Of a stretch of DNA of 64,000 nucleotides, positions 40,020-49,246 are shown one piece after another; positions within the stretch are counted from its first letter, which is position 1, and each line of letters opens with the position of its first letter. The notes beneath the pieces were generated by a model. That model did no database searches. It was not told where the DNA came from and saw only the letters and a program-made list of their open reading frames with translations. Origin of the DNA: Bdellovibrionales bacterium (GTDB lineage Bacteria > Bdellovibrionota > Bdellovibrionia > Bdellovibrionales > UBA1609); NCBI GenBank assembly GCA_965261545.1, contig CBDHDF010000010.1, positions 672,001-736,000 on the forward strand, given 5' to 3'. A program made the position numbers and the translations under genes.

Positions 40020-40784
40020 CTATTTGTCATCATGGTCGTCCTTGACATCTCGATTGAGAAAAGGGGTGAACATATCTAGGGGCAGGGGAACAATCACTGT
40101 GTGACTTCCCTCACCGCTAATCTCTGTGAGAGTTTGTAAGTAGGCAAGTTGCAAAGCAGAGGGAGAGGAGGCCAATTGATTGGATGCCTTAGAAAGCATC
40201 TCTGATCTTTGAACCTCTCCCTCAGCACTAATAACCTTGGCACGCCTTTCTCTCTCTGCCTCAGCTTCACGAGCCATTGCCCTTTGCATTTCTTTAGGTA
40301 AATCAATGTGCTTGACTTCCACCAAGGTGATTTTAATTCCCCATGGCTCCGTGGCCTTATCGAGGATATTTTGAAGGGCGTGGTTAATCTTATCACGGTT
40401 GGAGAGCAATTCATCCAACTGGTACTGACCTAAAACCGAACGCAAAGTGGTTTGGGCGAGTTGGCTTGTGGCAAAAAAGAAATCCTCCACCTGAGTGATA
40501 GCCATTTCAGGCCCAATCACCCTAAAGTAAATCACGGCATTGACTTTAAGAGTCACATTGTCCCTTGTGATAACATCTTGAGGTTGAATATCCATGGTGA
40601 TCGTACGGGTATCAATGCGGATAATTCTTTCCACAAGAGGAATCACAAAAATCAGACCTGGGCCACGAATCCCAATGGAACGACCAAAACGAAGAATCAC
40701 TCCTCGCTCCCATTCGGAAAGAATTTTAATCACTGAAGCCAAAAGGAAGACAACTCCTATAACAAGCACTAATAAGAATGACAT
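40020..40784 (-). CDS. SPFH/slipin (stomatin-like) protein
   Basis: [43 protein letters not shown]. Confidence 0.95.
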   Translation of the reverse strand: MSFLLVLVIGVVFLLASVIKILSEWERGVILRFGRSIGIRGPGLIFVIPLVERIIRIDTRTITMDIQPQDVITRDNVTLKVNAVIYFRVIGPEMAITQVEDFFFATSQLAQTTLRSVLGQYQLDELLSNRDKINHALQNILDKATEPWGIKITLVEVKHIDLPKEMQRAMAREAEAERERRAKVISAEGEVQRSEMLSKASNQLASSPSALQLAYLQTLTEISGEGSHTVIVPLPLDMFTPFLNRDVKDDHDDK

Positions 40785-40845
40785 AATTTCTCCTTTGTAT
40801 TGTTCTGTTGGTTCTTATGTTGTATTTTCTTAAATGCTTCTATCA

Positions 40846-42267
40846 CTAATCCACTTTAGATACAACAAGAGTGAGCCCCTTATAGGACTCCACCCTAAGG
40901 GAGTCGCCCAAGTCCACCTTTTCGCCACACTTGAATTTCCATATTTCTCCATGAATCTCCATGAGGCCCGTCCACCCCCGGGCCTGAATCACTTGGCCTT
41001 GGCGATGAAGCAGTTCATCGCCCCCCCCTTGTTTCTTGATATGACGAGTTTGGTAGGCCATAAATGCGATCCCCAAAGTAACAAGTCCCAGTAACAAAGC
41101 CATGGCTACAATCAAACCTATGGACAGGTGGATCCCCGTGACCTCGGGATCAAATAGAAATAAACTCCCAATCACAAAAGAAGAAATTCCCCCAATCCCA
41201 AAGGTGCCAAAACTTGGCACAAAAGCCTCGACCAAAAGCAAAGCCAAGCCTAAGAAAATGAGAGCTACACCGCCCCATGTCACATCCATCTTATGAAGGC
41301 TCACCAGAGAGACCAACAAACCCACCCCACCCATAACCCCTGGAACAATAGTTCCAGGGTGAGTGATTTCAAAGTACAACAAACCCAAGCTAGCCATCAT
41401 CATCATGTACGCCATTTGTGGATCGGTAATAAAGGAGATCGCCCTGTCCCTCAGTCCCTCCTCCATGGAGTGAAGGGGGCCCACAACCACATGACGCTCC
41501 TCTTTACCCACCATTTTTACCTGGCGCCCATGGGCCCACTCCAAGAACTCTACTTTGGTGCTGGCCACAAAATCAATGGCCTTGAGTTTGAGGGCTTCTT
41601 GAGAGGACACAGCCTTGGCCTCCGTCACAATCTCCTGGGCAAACTTTTGGCTCCGATCACGATGCTGGGCAATACCCTCAAGCCAACTCTTTACATCATT
41701 GATCATCTTTTTTCTTAAGTCCTTGGACATGCTTTGCCCCGATCCACTGATAGGAGTGGCGGCCCCAATATTAGTGGCCTCCATAGCCCCTACCACATGA
41801 CAGGACTGAAGGATAATAGCTCCCGCACTTCCTGCATGTCCCCCTGATGGGTGGACCAAGCACAATATGGGAATGGGAGAGTTGAGAATACCTTCAACAA
41901 TCTTTCGTGTGCTTTGAAGAGACCCCCCAGGAGTGTTGATAAGGATTAAAAGAGACCCACAGGATTTTTTTTGAGCCACTTCTAGTCCCCTTTCCAAACG
42001 ATAGAGACTGTACAAGCCAATGGTCTCCTTCATTTTGATTTCCACGGTGCAGGCCGCCGCTTCTCCCTGGGGTAGGAAGAACCCCAAAGCCAACATAAAG
42101 CTGAAAGTAAAGCTAAAAGTACAGTTGAAAATAAGATTGCAAACAAGATTGAAAATAAACCGGTCCTTTCTCACTCTCTTCATTGATCTCATCATCCTCC
42201 TTTTTAATCCTTCTCCAAGACCAATGCAATACTCAATGCACTTCATCACAACGCGCAGAAGCTTCAC
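40846..42267 (-). CDS. nfeD: NfeD-family membrane-bound serine protease
   Basis: INTPGG, AGSAG, NIGAATPI, TM bundle, C-terminal OB domain (HGEIW). Classic partner of the adjacent slipin. Start uncertain. Confidence 0.9.
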   Translation of the reverse strand: MKLLRVVMKCIEYCIGLGEGLKRRMMRSMKRVRKDRFIFNLVCNLIFNCTFSFTFSFMLALGFFLPQGEAAACTVEIKMKETIGLYSLYRLERGLEVAQKKSCGSLLILINTPGGSLQSTRKIVEGILNSPIPILCLVHPSGGHAGSAGAIILQSCHVVGAMEATNIGAATPISGSGQSMSKDLRKKMINDVKSWLEGIAQHRDRSQKFAQEIVTEAKAVSSQEALKLKAIDFVASTKVEFLEWAHGRQVKMVGKEERHVVVGPLHSMEEGLRDRAISFITDPQMAYMMMMASLGLLYFEITHPGTIVPGVMGGVGLLVSLVSLHKMDVTWGGVALIFLGLALLLVEAFVPSFGTFGIGGISSFVIGSLFLFDPEVTGIHLSIGLIVAMALLLGLVTLGIAFMAYQTRHIKKQGGGDELLHRQGQVIQARGWTGLMEIHGEIWKFKCGEKVDLGDSLRVESYKGLTLVVSKVD

Positions 42268-42525
42268 AAAAAATTCCTCTTACTTATTTTTCATGGTTCA
42301 AAAAATCAACCAATCAACCAATCATAGGTCTAAATTTGAAAAAAAATCTTCACAAACTCTTTATGAAAAACAACATAAGCCGACAAGAAGAAGTAAGTAA
42401 GAAGTCTCTCATTTTAGTACATATGATACCAACTTTCGTAGAGCTTCTCAATAAAAGCATCCATAAAACAACAAATAAGTAGATGTATCTTTAAACAAGA
42501 AAAGTAGAAAAGTTTAGGTGATTTT

Positions 42526-42801
42526 ATGAATACAAAAAGAAAGTCAATTCCTCTTGATAAAAAACAAATCATAGAAAAAAGGGCGCCAGAAAAGCCACAT
42601 TTTTTGAATGATTCCTCTCCCCCCAGTATGAAAGAACACCTGCAAGAGCAACTTGTTGAAAAATACAACACCTGTTGCCTCTGCGGAACCACCCTTGAAT
42701 TTACACATGTCACTCATTTCGTAAACGACATTGTTATCGAAGAAACAAACTGCCCTCGCTGTATGGTCAAAACGAAAAAACAAACTCATATTCTACAATA
42801 A
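42526..42801 (+). CDS. small hypothetical Zn-finger-like protein
   Basis: CCLCG...CPRC; AGGTG SD. Confidence 0.6.
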   Translation: MNTKRKSIPLDKKQIIEKRAPEKPHFLNDSSPPSMKEHLQEQLVEKYNTCCLCGTTLEFTHVTHFVNDIVIEETNCPRCMVKTKKQTHILQ

Positions 42802-42821
42802 ACGTCATTTTCTACATACAT

Positions 42822-43730
42822 CTACATACAATAGACGTCATTGCATCTTTCCAATCGATCTTGTACTAATTTAATGAAATCGGGTTCAATATCTATACCT
42901 ACACTGTTCCTACCTGTACATCTAGCGGCCAAGCAAGTTGTCCCAGAGCCGACGAATGGATCTAAAACTGTTTGTTTCTCAGTAGAGAAAAGACGAATAA
43001 GGTGCTCACATAGTTGCACTGGCTTTGGTGTTAAGTGTTTATTGCCATCTTCTCGCCTTTGTTTCTCAACAGTCATCACTGTTTCAGGGACTCGTCCTGT
43101 AATTGTTTGGCGCACGTCGATAAGCCCCGTTCCATGCAATAGCCAATTATCTACAAATGTCCCTTCCTTTGGCTTTTGCGCACAAATAATTAACTCAAAT
43201 TGGGGACGTAATTGCGGAGTTCGACGTCCTCCAATACTTCGAATGACTTCTAATTTCTGTTTTTCTGTCATATCACCACGCTTACGAACAAAATGATCGA
43301 CTGTAAATGCCTTAAATTGTGCGCTCTTTGTGAATCGCCACGCAAAAGAATCTCGAATCTCAAATCCAGCATTTTCAGCAGCTATGGCCGCACGGTGATA
43401 AAGCCTCGGGGCAGAAAACATAAGCATAAATCCGCCGGGTTTTAAAATACGCAATAATTCTTTAGCAATAGGTTCAATGAAAGCTTGTAATCTTTTTCCT
43501 TGATTAGGATCGAATTTCATACCAATAGGCAAGCCGCCAATAACTTTGGCCGCACGATGATTCCGAGAATAATGAATTCTGTCTTTATTCCATTTATCAT
43601 CAAGCCCATTGAGGAAATATGGTGGATCGGTTAAGACCAAATGAACGCTAGAGTCACCCATATCTTTAAGAATATTGCGGCAATCGCCTTTATAAAGTTT
43701 CACTGTAGATGTATGGACAATTGCACTCAT
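42822..43730 (-). CDS. site-specific DNA methyltransferase (N6-adenine/N4-cytosine, beta-class motif order)
   Basis: TDPPY catalytic motif near the N-terminus, HLTPKP, VLDPFVGSGTT SAM-binding motif near the C-terminus. Confidence 0.92.
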   Translation of the reverse strand: MSAIVHTSTVKLYKGDCRNILKDMGDSSVHLVLTDPPYFLNGLDDKWNKDRIHYSRNHRAAKVIGGLPIGMKFDPNQGKRLQAFIEPIAKELLRILKPGGFMLMFSAPRLYHRAAIAAENAGFEIRDSFAWRFTKSAQFKAFTVDHFVRKRGDMTEKQKLEVIRSIGGRRTPQLRPQFELIICAQKPKEGTFVDNWLLHGTGLIDVRQTITGRVPETVMTVEKQRREDGNKHLTPKPVQLCEHLIRLFSTEKQTVLDPFVGSGTTCLAARCTGRNSVGIDIEPDFIKLVQDRLERCNDVYCM

Positions 43731-43896
43731 TGCCCGCACCAGCTGCATGCATTACCCACACTTTCCCTACTTCAATGCCTCATTGATGATTTTTCTTTCC
43801 CTTTTGGGGGAAAATTCTGGTCAAGTTTTGTTTCCTGGATTTTTCCATAACTTTCTCCTTTAAGTGCAATTTTTATGGCGGTATACTTAAAAAGGC

Positions 43897-43922
43897 ATGA
43901 ACTCTTCGTGCGAAGAGTTCAT
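43897..43922. terminator. perfect 12-bp inverted repeat (terminator or operator)
   Basis: ATGAACTCTTCG-TG-CGAAGAGTTCAT between the acidic-repeat gene and the methyltransferase. Confidence 0.5.
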
Positions 43923-44009
43923 AGCCCTCTGTACAATTTGCACGCAGCAAAACCACGCCGCCGAGCGCCGAGCCGCAAAACCACGCACGCAAAAAGACTC
44001 CTCTGTACC

Positions 44010-45041
44010 CTAATCGTCAGTGTCATCGCCTTCGTCGGTGTCATCGCCTTCGTCAGCGTCATCGCCTTCGTCAGTGTCATCGCCTTCGTCAGCGTCATCG
44101 CCTTCGTCAGTGTCATCGCCTTCGTCAGTGTCATCGCCTTCGTCAGTGTCATCGCCTTCGTCAGTGTCATCGCCTTCGTCGGTGTCATCGCCTTCGTCGG
44201 TGTCATCGCCTTCGTCAGTGTCATCGCCTTCGTCAGCGTCATCGCCTTCGTCAGTGTCATCGCCTTCGTCAGTGTCATCGCCTTCGTCAGTGTCATCGCC
44301 TTCGTCAGTGTCATCGCCTTCGTCGGTATCATCGCCTTCGTCGGTATCATCGCCTTCGTCGGTATCACATTCGACATCACACTCATCGCCTTCGTCGGTG
44401 TCATCGCCTTCGTCAGTGTCATCGCCTTCGTCAGCGTCATCGCCTTCGGTGTCATCGCCTTCGTCAGTGTCATCTCCTTCGTCAGTGTCATCGCCTTCGT
44501 CGGTATCGGAAGTAGGAACCCCATGAATAGTCATCTCGATATTACGCAAAACAACTCCCAAAGAGTGTTTACCAAAAGTTAAGGTGAAATTCTCAACACC
44601 TCTTGAACCATTTTTGTGGTGCGCACTAAACGTCGCATACTCTGGTTTCTGCTCGTGAATATTTTTGCGCATAAGAGTTGTGGAGTAACTGCCCAACACA
44701 TCTTCCAAATCTTTAAATTGGAAGTCAGAAGACTGTATGCGAGTTCCATGAATTTCAGTCCAGCCGAAACCCAAGCCTTTGCTCTCTATAGAAATAAATA
44801 CTGGCATGCTTTTCTTTTCATTATCTTGCAGGGATGTACAAGTGAGAGTAACTTCACCTTCCAGCATTCCGTAGCCGATGAAAAACCCTGATTCATATCC
44901 ATTGAGTGTGCCATCAATATGACATAATGTCATATCTTCGACATCTCCGGCATCTCCGGCAGAGTGGGATAACGAAAATCCACCAAGAAAGAAAACTACA
45001 ACTGTAATAAAACTATAAAATAACTTTTTCATAATCGACAC
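44010..45041 (-). CDS. secreted protein with C-terminal acidic DEGDDT repeat tail
   Basis: Signal peptide (MKKLFY...), beta-rich domain of about 145 aa, then about 27 hexapeptide repeats. Confidence 0.75.
   Translation of the reverse strand: MSIMKKLFYSFITVVVFFLGGFSLSHSAGDAGDVEDMTLCHIDGTLNGYESGFFIGYGMLEGEVTLTCTSLQDNEKKSMPVFISIESKGLGFGWTEIHGTRIQSSDFQFKDLEDVLGSYSTTLMRKNIHEQKPEYATFSAHHKNGSRGVENFTLTFGKHSLGVVLRNIEMTIHGVPTSDTDEGDDTDEGDDTDEGDDTEGDDADEGDDTDEGDDTDEGDECDVECDTDEGDDTDEGDDTDEGDDTDEGDDTDEGDDTDEGDDTDEGDDADEGDDTDEGDDTDEGDDTDEGDDTDEGDDTDEGDDTDEGDDTDEGDDADEGDDTDEGDDADEGDDTDEGDDTDD
44013..44507. repeat. 18-bp tandem repeat (about 27 units, consensus GTCATCGCCTTCGTCAGT)
   Basis: Directly visible; one 15-bp unit and one diverged unit (DEC-DVEC). 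Confidence 0.97.
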
Positions 45042-45527
45042 CTCTTCTTGTTCTTGTTATATTATTCTGTTGTATCAGAATATATTTTTTGTTTAGTATA
45101 AAATACTTTTATTTTATGATCATGTAAACCCCATCGTTTACATTCTCAGAAAATGTTGCTTTACCATAATAGTAGTATGAGATCCTGTGGGTAAAGTCTA
45201 GTTTTTCACTACGACACATGACACAGCAACCCCTTCCAAGATTCATTTTAAAACTGGCACTGCTTGCTATCTTATTTTAAGCTGTACACTTTGATGACAG
45301 TAACTCTATGCAATACAGATGCATCTTGATGTCGATAATTTGAGTCCAATTTGAGGTCCAATTGGGCTCCATCAATGCAAGCAGCTCCTTCCACAAACAT
45401 AGTAACTCATAAAGACTTATGAATAAGATTGAGTCATCCGATAAGATAAATGGCTAAAAATGTTAGATAACGAGACATGTATGACGCATCACGCACGCAC
45501 GTCTGTATGTATGATGGGAGGGGTTTT

Positions 45528-47194
45528 ATGCAAGATATAGCTCGGCTTGCAAGGTACAAGAGATTTCGCAAAAAAGAAGATGTCGATCTCAGCATTGTGA
45601 TCTCCACAAACAAGGGTGAACAGTTCACCCTCTCTGTGGAGGACTGCTCTCTCACGGGTATTTTTGCCAAATCTTCCACCGCAGGCATAAACATCGATGT
45701 GAATAGTATCATCCCCAACTCCAAGATCGTATTTCAAAATGAGGAGTACCCCATTGGCCGACTGGTGTGCAAAAGATGTGTGGAGCATGGGGGCACCACC
45801 TACCTGGCCCTTTCTGTGGTGGATATTCGACTTCCAATCTCAAGCTTTTTATCCAAAGCCGTCTCCCTGGACCTTGACTCTGGCTCCAATGAGCTCGAAG
45901 TGGAGCTAAGCGAAAAGGGCTTCACCATTGGTGATTTCTTAACCACAAAGTTTGAAAATCAAGATATTTTTGATCGCTGTTACAAGTTTGAGTTGTTTTA
46001 CAAAACCTATAAGGATAGTGACCGCTTTGCCTATTTCTTTCCCAGAAACTCCATGACGGGGCCACGAATCACTGTGAGAAAACGAGGCCCTCGCAAGGAC
46101 TACCTGATGTTTGGCTCCAATGATTATTTAAATCTCTCCTGCCACCCCGAGGTCATCGAAGCCGCCAACCGTGCCACACTCCAGTACGGCCTAGGATCAA
46201 CGGGAGCCTCCTCCCACCTCGGGCACCACCACCCTCCACCAGGAGTTGGCCGACAAGGTGGCCAGAATGTGTGGACGAGAGGAGGCCCTCATCTTTCCCT
46301 TCGGGTTACAGTGCCAGCCTGGGGATTATCTCAGCCCTGGCCGGGGCCGAGGACCTTATTTTGGCCGACGTGTTGAGCCATGCCTCCCTCCAAGACGGTA
46401 TGAAGCTTTCGGGGGCCTCCTGCCGTTTTTACTCCCACAACAACATGAAGCATTTAGAACGCATTCTCAAAAAGGAGAGAGACAAACACTCGGGCTGCCT
46501 CATTGTCACCGAAGGGATTTTCTCTATGGATGGCACCCTCGGTAAAATCCATGAAATTCTGCCCATTGCTCGCAAGTACAATGCCAGGGTCATGGCCGAC
46601 CAAGGGCACTGCTTTGGGCTCTTGGGGGAGAGGCTTACGGGCACAGCAGAACATTTTGGCATGGAAGACAAACTGGATATCACCATGGGGCTTTTTTCCA
46701 AGGCCGCAGGAGCCTTTGGGGGATTTGTCACCGGCCCCCCCGAGTTGATCCACTGGTACAAAGTTTATGCAAGATCCTATATTTTTGCCACCAGCATCCC
46801 CCCCGGCATTGCCGCCGGAACCCTCAAAGCCCTTGAAATCATGGAGTCGGGGGAGAGGCAAAAAATACTCTTTAAAAACATCGAAATGTTTGTCAAAGGC
46901 TTGGTGGACATGGGGCTTCCCATCGACCCCCAACATAGCACTCCCATTGTCCCCATAGAAGTGGGAGATGAGACAAAAATGGGGGCGATCTTTCAATCCC
47001 TCCTCGAAGGCGGGGTCTATGCCCTCCCTGTGATGTACCCCGTGGTGGCACGCAATCATTGCCGCTTTCGTTTTTCCATCACCTCTGCCCTAACCCCCAC
47101 GGATATCGAGTTGGCCTTGATGGTGCTTAAAAGGGCCTTTGAACAAAACAATTTCACCTTCAAAGAAACAAAGAGAGAGGGAGAAGATTTTTAG
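45528..47194 (+). pseudogene. PilZ-like domain fused to alpha-oxoamine synthase (SPT/KBL/BioF/CqsA family) PLP enzyme, split by two +1 frameshifts (real or sequencing error)
   Basis: Frame A: DCSLTG PilZ-like motif and FGSNDYLNL...YGLGSTG. Frame B: TSGTTTLHQELADKVARMCGREEALIFP. Frame C: SGYSASLG, HASLQDG, EGIFSMDG, DQGH, GLFSK (PLP Lys), RFRFSI. Removing two bases gives one ORF of about 554 aa. Confidence 0.8.
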
Positions 47195-47266
47195 ATGAAA
47201 AAAAGTAGAAAAAAGGACTCATGGAGTTTTTTCTATGGGCGTAAGTAAGTATGGGTGTAAGTAAGT

Positions 47267-49246
47267 ATGGGCATAAATGAATTATTGATTTCCTTGATGC
47301 TGACCTCTCAATCTTTGATGGGTGTGATCGAGATGCCTGAAAATGTCAGCCCTTGGAAAGTGGAAAAAAAATGGAGCCGAGACCAAGGCCAACTGGAACT
47401 TATCCTTTCCACCAGGTATGGAGACCTTTCTTGCCCCCAGGACTCCCTTCTCGTTTTCCCTCAAATTCTCTACGCAGAGCAAGAAGTTTACGGCAAGGGG
47501 ATCCACCGCTCCCTCAATGCTCCCCACGAACCCAAAAATATCTTTGGCCAAATGAGCATCAAGTGTTCCGACTTAAAATCCTTGGAGCCCAACGATACCC
47601 TCCAGTGGCGCGTGCAAGGTTACTCTCGCTATTTCTCTCACTTCAGTGAAAGCCCCAAGATCAAACCCATTGAAGCCCACCTCAAGGTCTCTGAGAACCT
47701 CTATATAGGTTCCACCCTGGGCCTTTTTCTCTTCTCCCTTCTCCTCTATATGGCCTTTGCCCACAAGGAGAACCTGGCCTTCACCCTCTCCCTCAGTTTA
47801 TCAGCCTTTTTTCTCGCCCTCTACTTTTTTTGGAATGTCAGCGGTGAATTTGGGCTCGTTCTCTCCATGTTAAGTGTCCATAAAATGGCCGACTTGTCCC
47901 TGGTCTTTGGCTTCCTCATGCTCATGATGGGTTTTTACTTTCGAGGCTTTCTCCACAAAAAATTCCTTATTTTATTTTTCGCCATGTGTGGGATTGCCAC
48001 CTTGACCATTGGCCTTGGGGGCAATGGGGACATCATCCAGGTGGGGACAAGCACGCCCTTTATAGCGGCGGCCCTTTGCCAGTTTTACATATGCCATAGC
48101 ACCCTGAGACTCTTTGTGAACAAAAGAGATCCCGTCCATCTCATGGAGTTCTTTTTTGCCCTGATTTTTTCCACCTTTGTTCTCCTTGAAATGTCCATTG
48201 TTATGGGAACTCTCCACATGCCCAGCTACTTTCCCTTGGGTTTGATTTTTGCCTTTCTGATCTTTACAGTTTCCATCAATCGACAGATTCGCAAAACCTA
48301 CAAAGAAAGGGACGAGCTTCTGGACGAAATGGGAGAGAAGATCAAAAGTCGCACCGCCGACCTCTCCCAAGCCCTCAAGGAAAAGGACATCGCCCAAGCG
48401 GAGCTTATTGAAAGTGCTCGATTGGCCTCCCTGGGGACATTGAGTGCCGGCATTGCCCATGAAATCAACAACAGCATTAACTATGTCAATGCCTGTGTGA
48501 TTGGTTTGGAAAAACAAATGAACTTGGCGGTGAGCAAGGACAGTCCTCAACTCCCCATCATCAAAAAACTTCTCAAAACCATCAAGCACGGGGCAGAGAT
48601 CACCATCAGTATTGTTTCCAGCCTTCGATCCTACACGGGCTTGGAACAATCTGAAATGCAAAGAACTTCCTTTGACGATGTGGTGAACTCTGTCACCACC
48701 ATCATTCGGTCCAAAATGGGCTCCATTGAATTTATCAAGGACTACGATCCCAAGGTGCAAATTTATGGCTCCGTCGTGGGACTTAGCCAAGTCATTATGA
48801 ACCTTGTCACCAACGCCCTAGATGCTTTGCCCCACCAAGAAGAAGGACAAATCAAGGAAGAGAGAATCAAGGAAGGAAGAATTAAGATATCCGCCCACAC
48901 AATCGAAAATAGAAAAGATAGCGAAAGTAACGAACATAGTGAAAATAGCGAGAGTAACAAAAATAATAAAGATCATTTTAAAATTGTGATCTCAGACAAT
49001 GGGTCGGGAATGGAGCCCCATCTTGTGAAACATATCTTTGACCCCTTCTTTACCACCAAAGAAGTAGGCAAGGGAACGGGTCTAGGGCTTTATATTGTAA
49101 AAAAGGAAATTGAAAGTCGACACAAAGGGACAATCACCGTGGAGAGCACCAAGGGCGAAGGAACAACCTTTGTCATTGAACTACCGCAACCCCAATCACA
49201 ACGAAAGCCCCAAGCCCACAAGCTTCTTTACAAGGAGACTGCCTAA
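47267..49246 (+). CDS. membrane sensor histidine kinase (extracytoplasmic domain + 7 TM)
   Basis: Seven hydrophobic helices, H-box AGIAHEINN, N-box NLVTNALDA, DNGSGM, FDPFFTTK, GTGLGL. Confidence 0.93.
   Translation: MGINELLISLMLTSQSLMGVIEMPENVSPWKVEKKWSRDQGQLELILSTRYGDLSCPQDSLLVFPQILYAEQEVYGKGIHRSLNAPHEPKNIFGQMSIKCSDLKSLEPNDTLQWRVQGYSRYFSHFSESPKIKPIEAHLKVSENLYIGSTLGLFLFSLLLYMAFAHKENLAFTLSLSLSAFFLALYFFWNVSGEFGLVLSMLSVHKMADLSLVFGFLMLMMGFYFRGFLHKKFLILFFAMCGIATLTIGLGGNGDIIQVGTSTPFIAAALCQFYICHSTLRLFVNKRDPVHLMEFFFALIFSTFVLLEMSIVMGTLHMPSYFPLGLIFAFLIFTVSINRQIRKTYKERDELLDEMGEKIKSRTADLSQALKEKDIAQAELIESARLASLGTLSAGIAHEINNSINYVNACVIGLEKQMNLAVSKDSPQLPIIKKLLKTIKHGAEITISIVSSLRSYTGLEQSEMQRTSFDDVVNSVTTIIRSKMGSIEFIKDYDPKVQIYGSVVGLSQVIMNLVTNALDALPHQEEGQIKEERIKEGRIKISAHTIENRKDSESNEHSENSESNKNNKDHFKIVISDNGSGMEPHLVKHIFDPFFTTKEVGKGTGLGLYIVKKEIESRHKGTITVESTKGEGTTFVIELPQPQSQRKPQAHKLLYKETA

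Noticed and set aside
44013..44507. Possible CRISPR array
   Set aside because: Repeats are contiguous with no unique spacers, are a multiple of 3 and in frame, and no cas genes are present.
43875..44582. Plus-strand ORF encoding hydrophobic (VSVIAF)n, and the other-frame ORFs (TKAMTL)n and (SSPSSV)n
   Set aside because: Shadow frames of the stop-free 18-bp repeat. Only the minus-strand frame has a signal peptide and a unique domain.
45255..45268. TGGCACTGCTTGC as a sigma-54 promoter for the synthase cassette
   Set aside because: Spacing is GG-N8-GC, not the required N10.
45528..47194. Calling the PLP enzyme bioF, spt or cqsA
   Set aside because: Family membership is clear but the subfamily cannot be resolved by eye, and no biotin genes are nearby.
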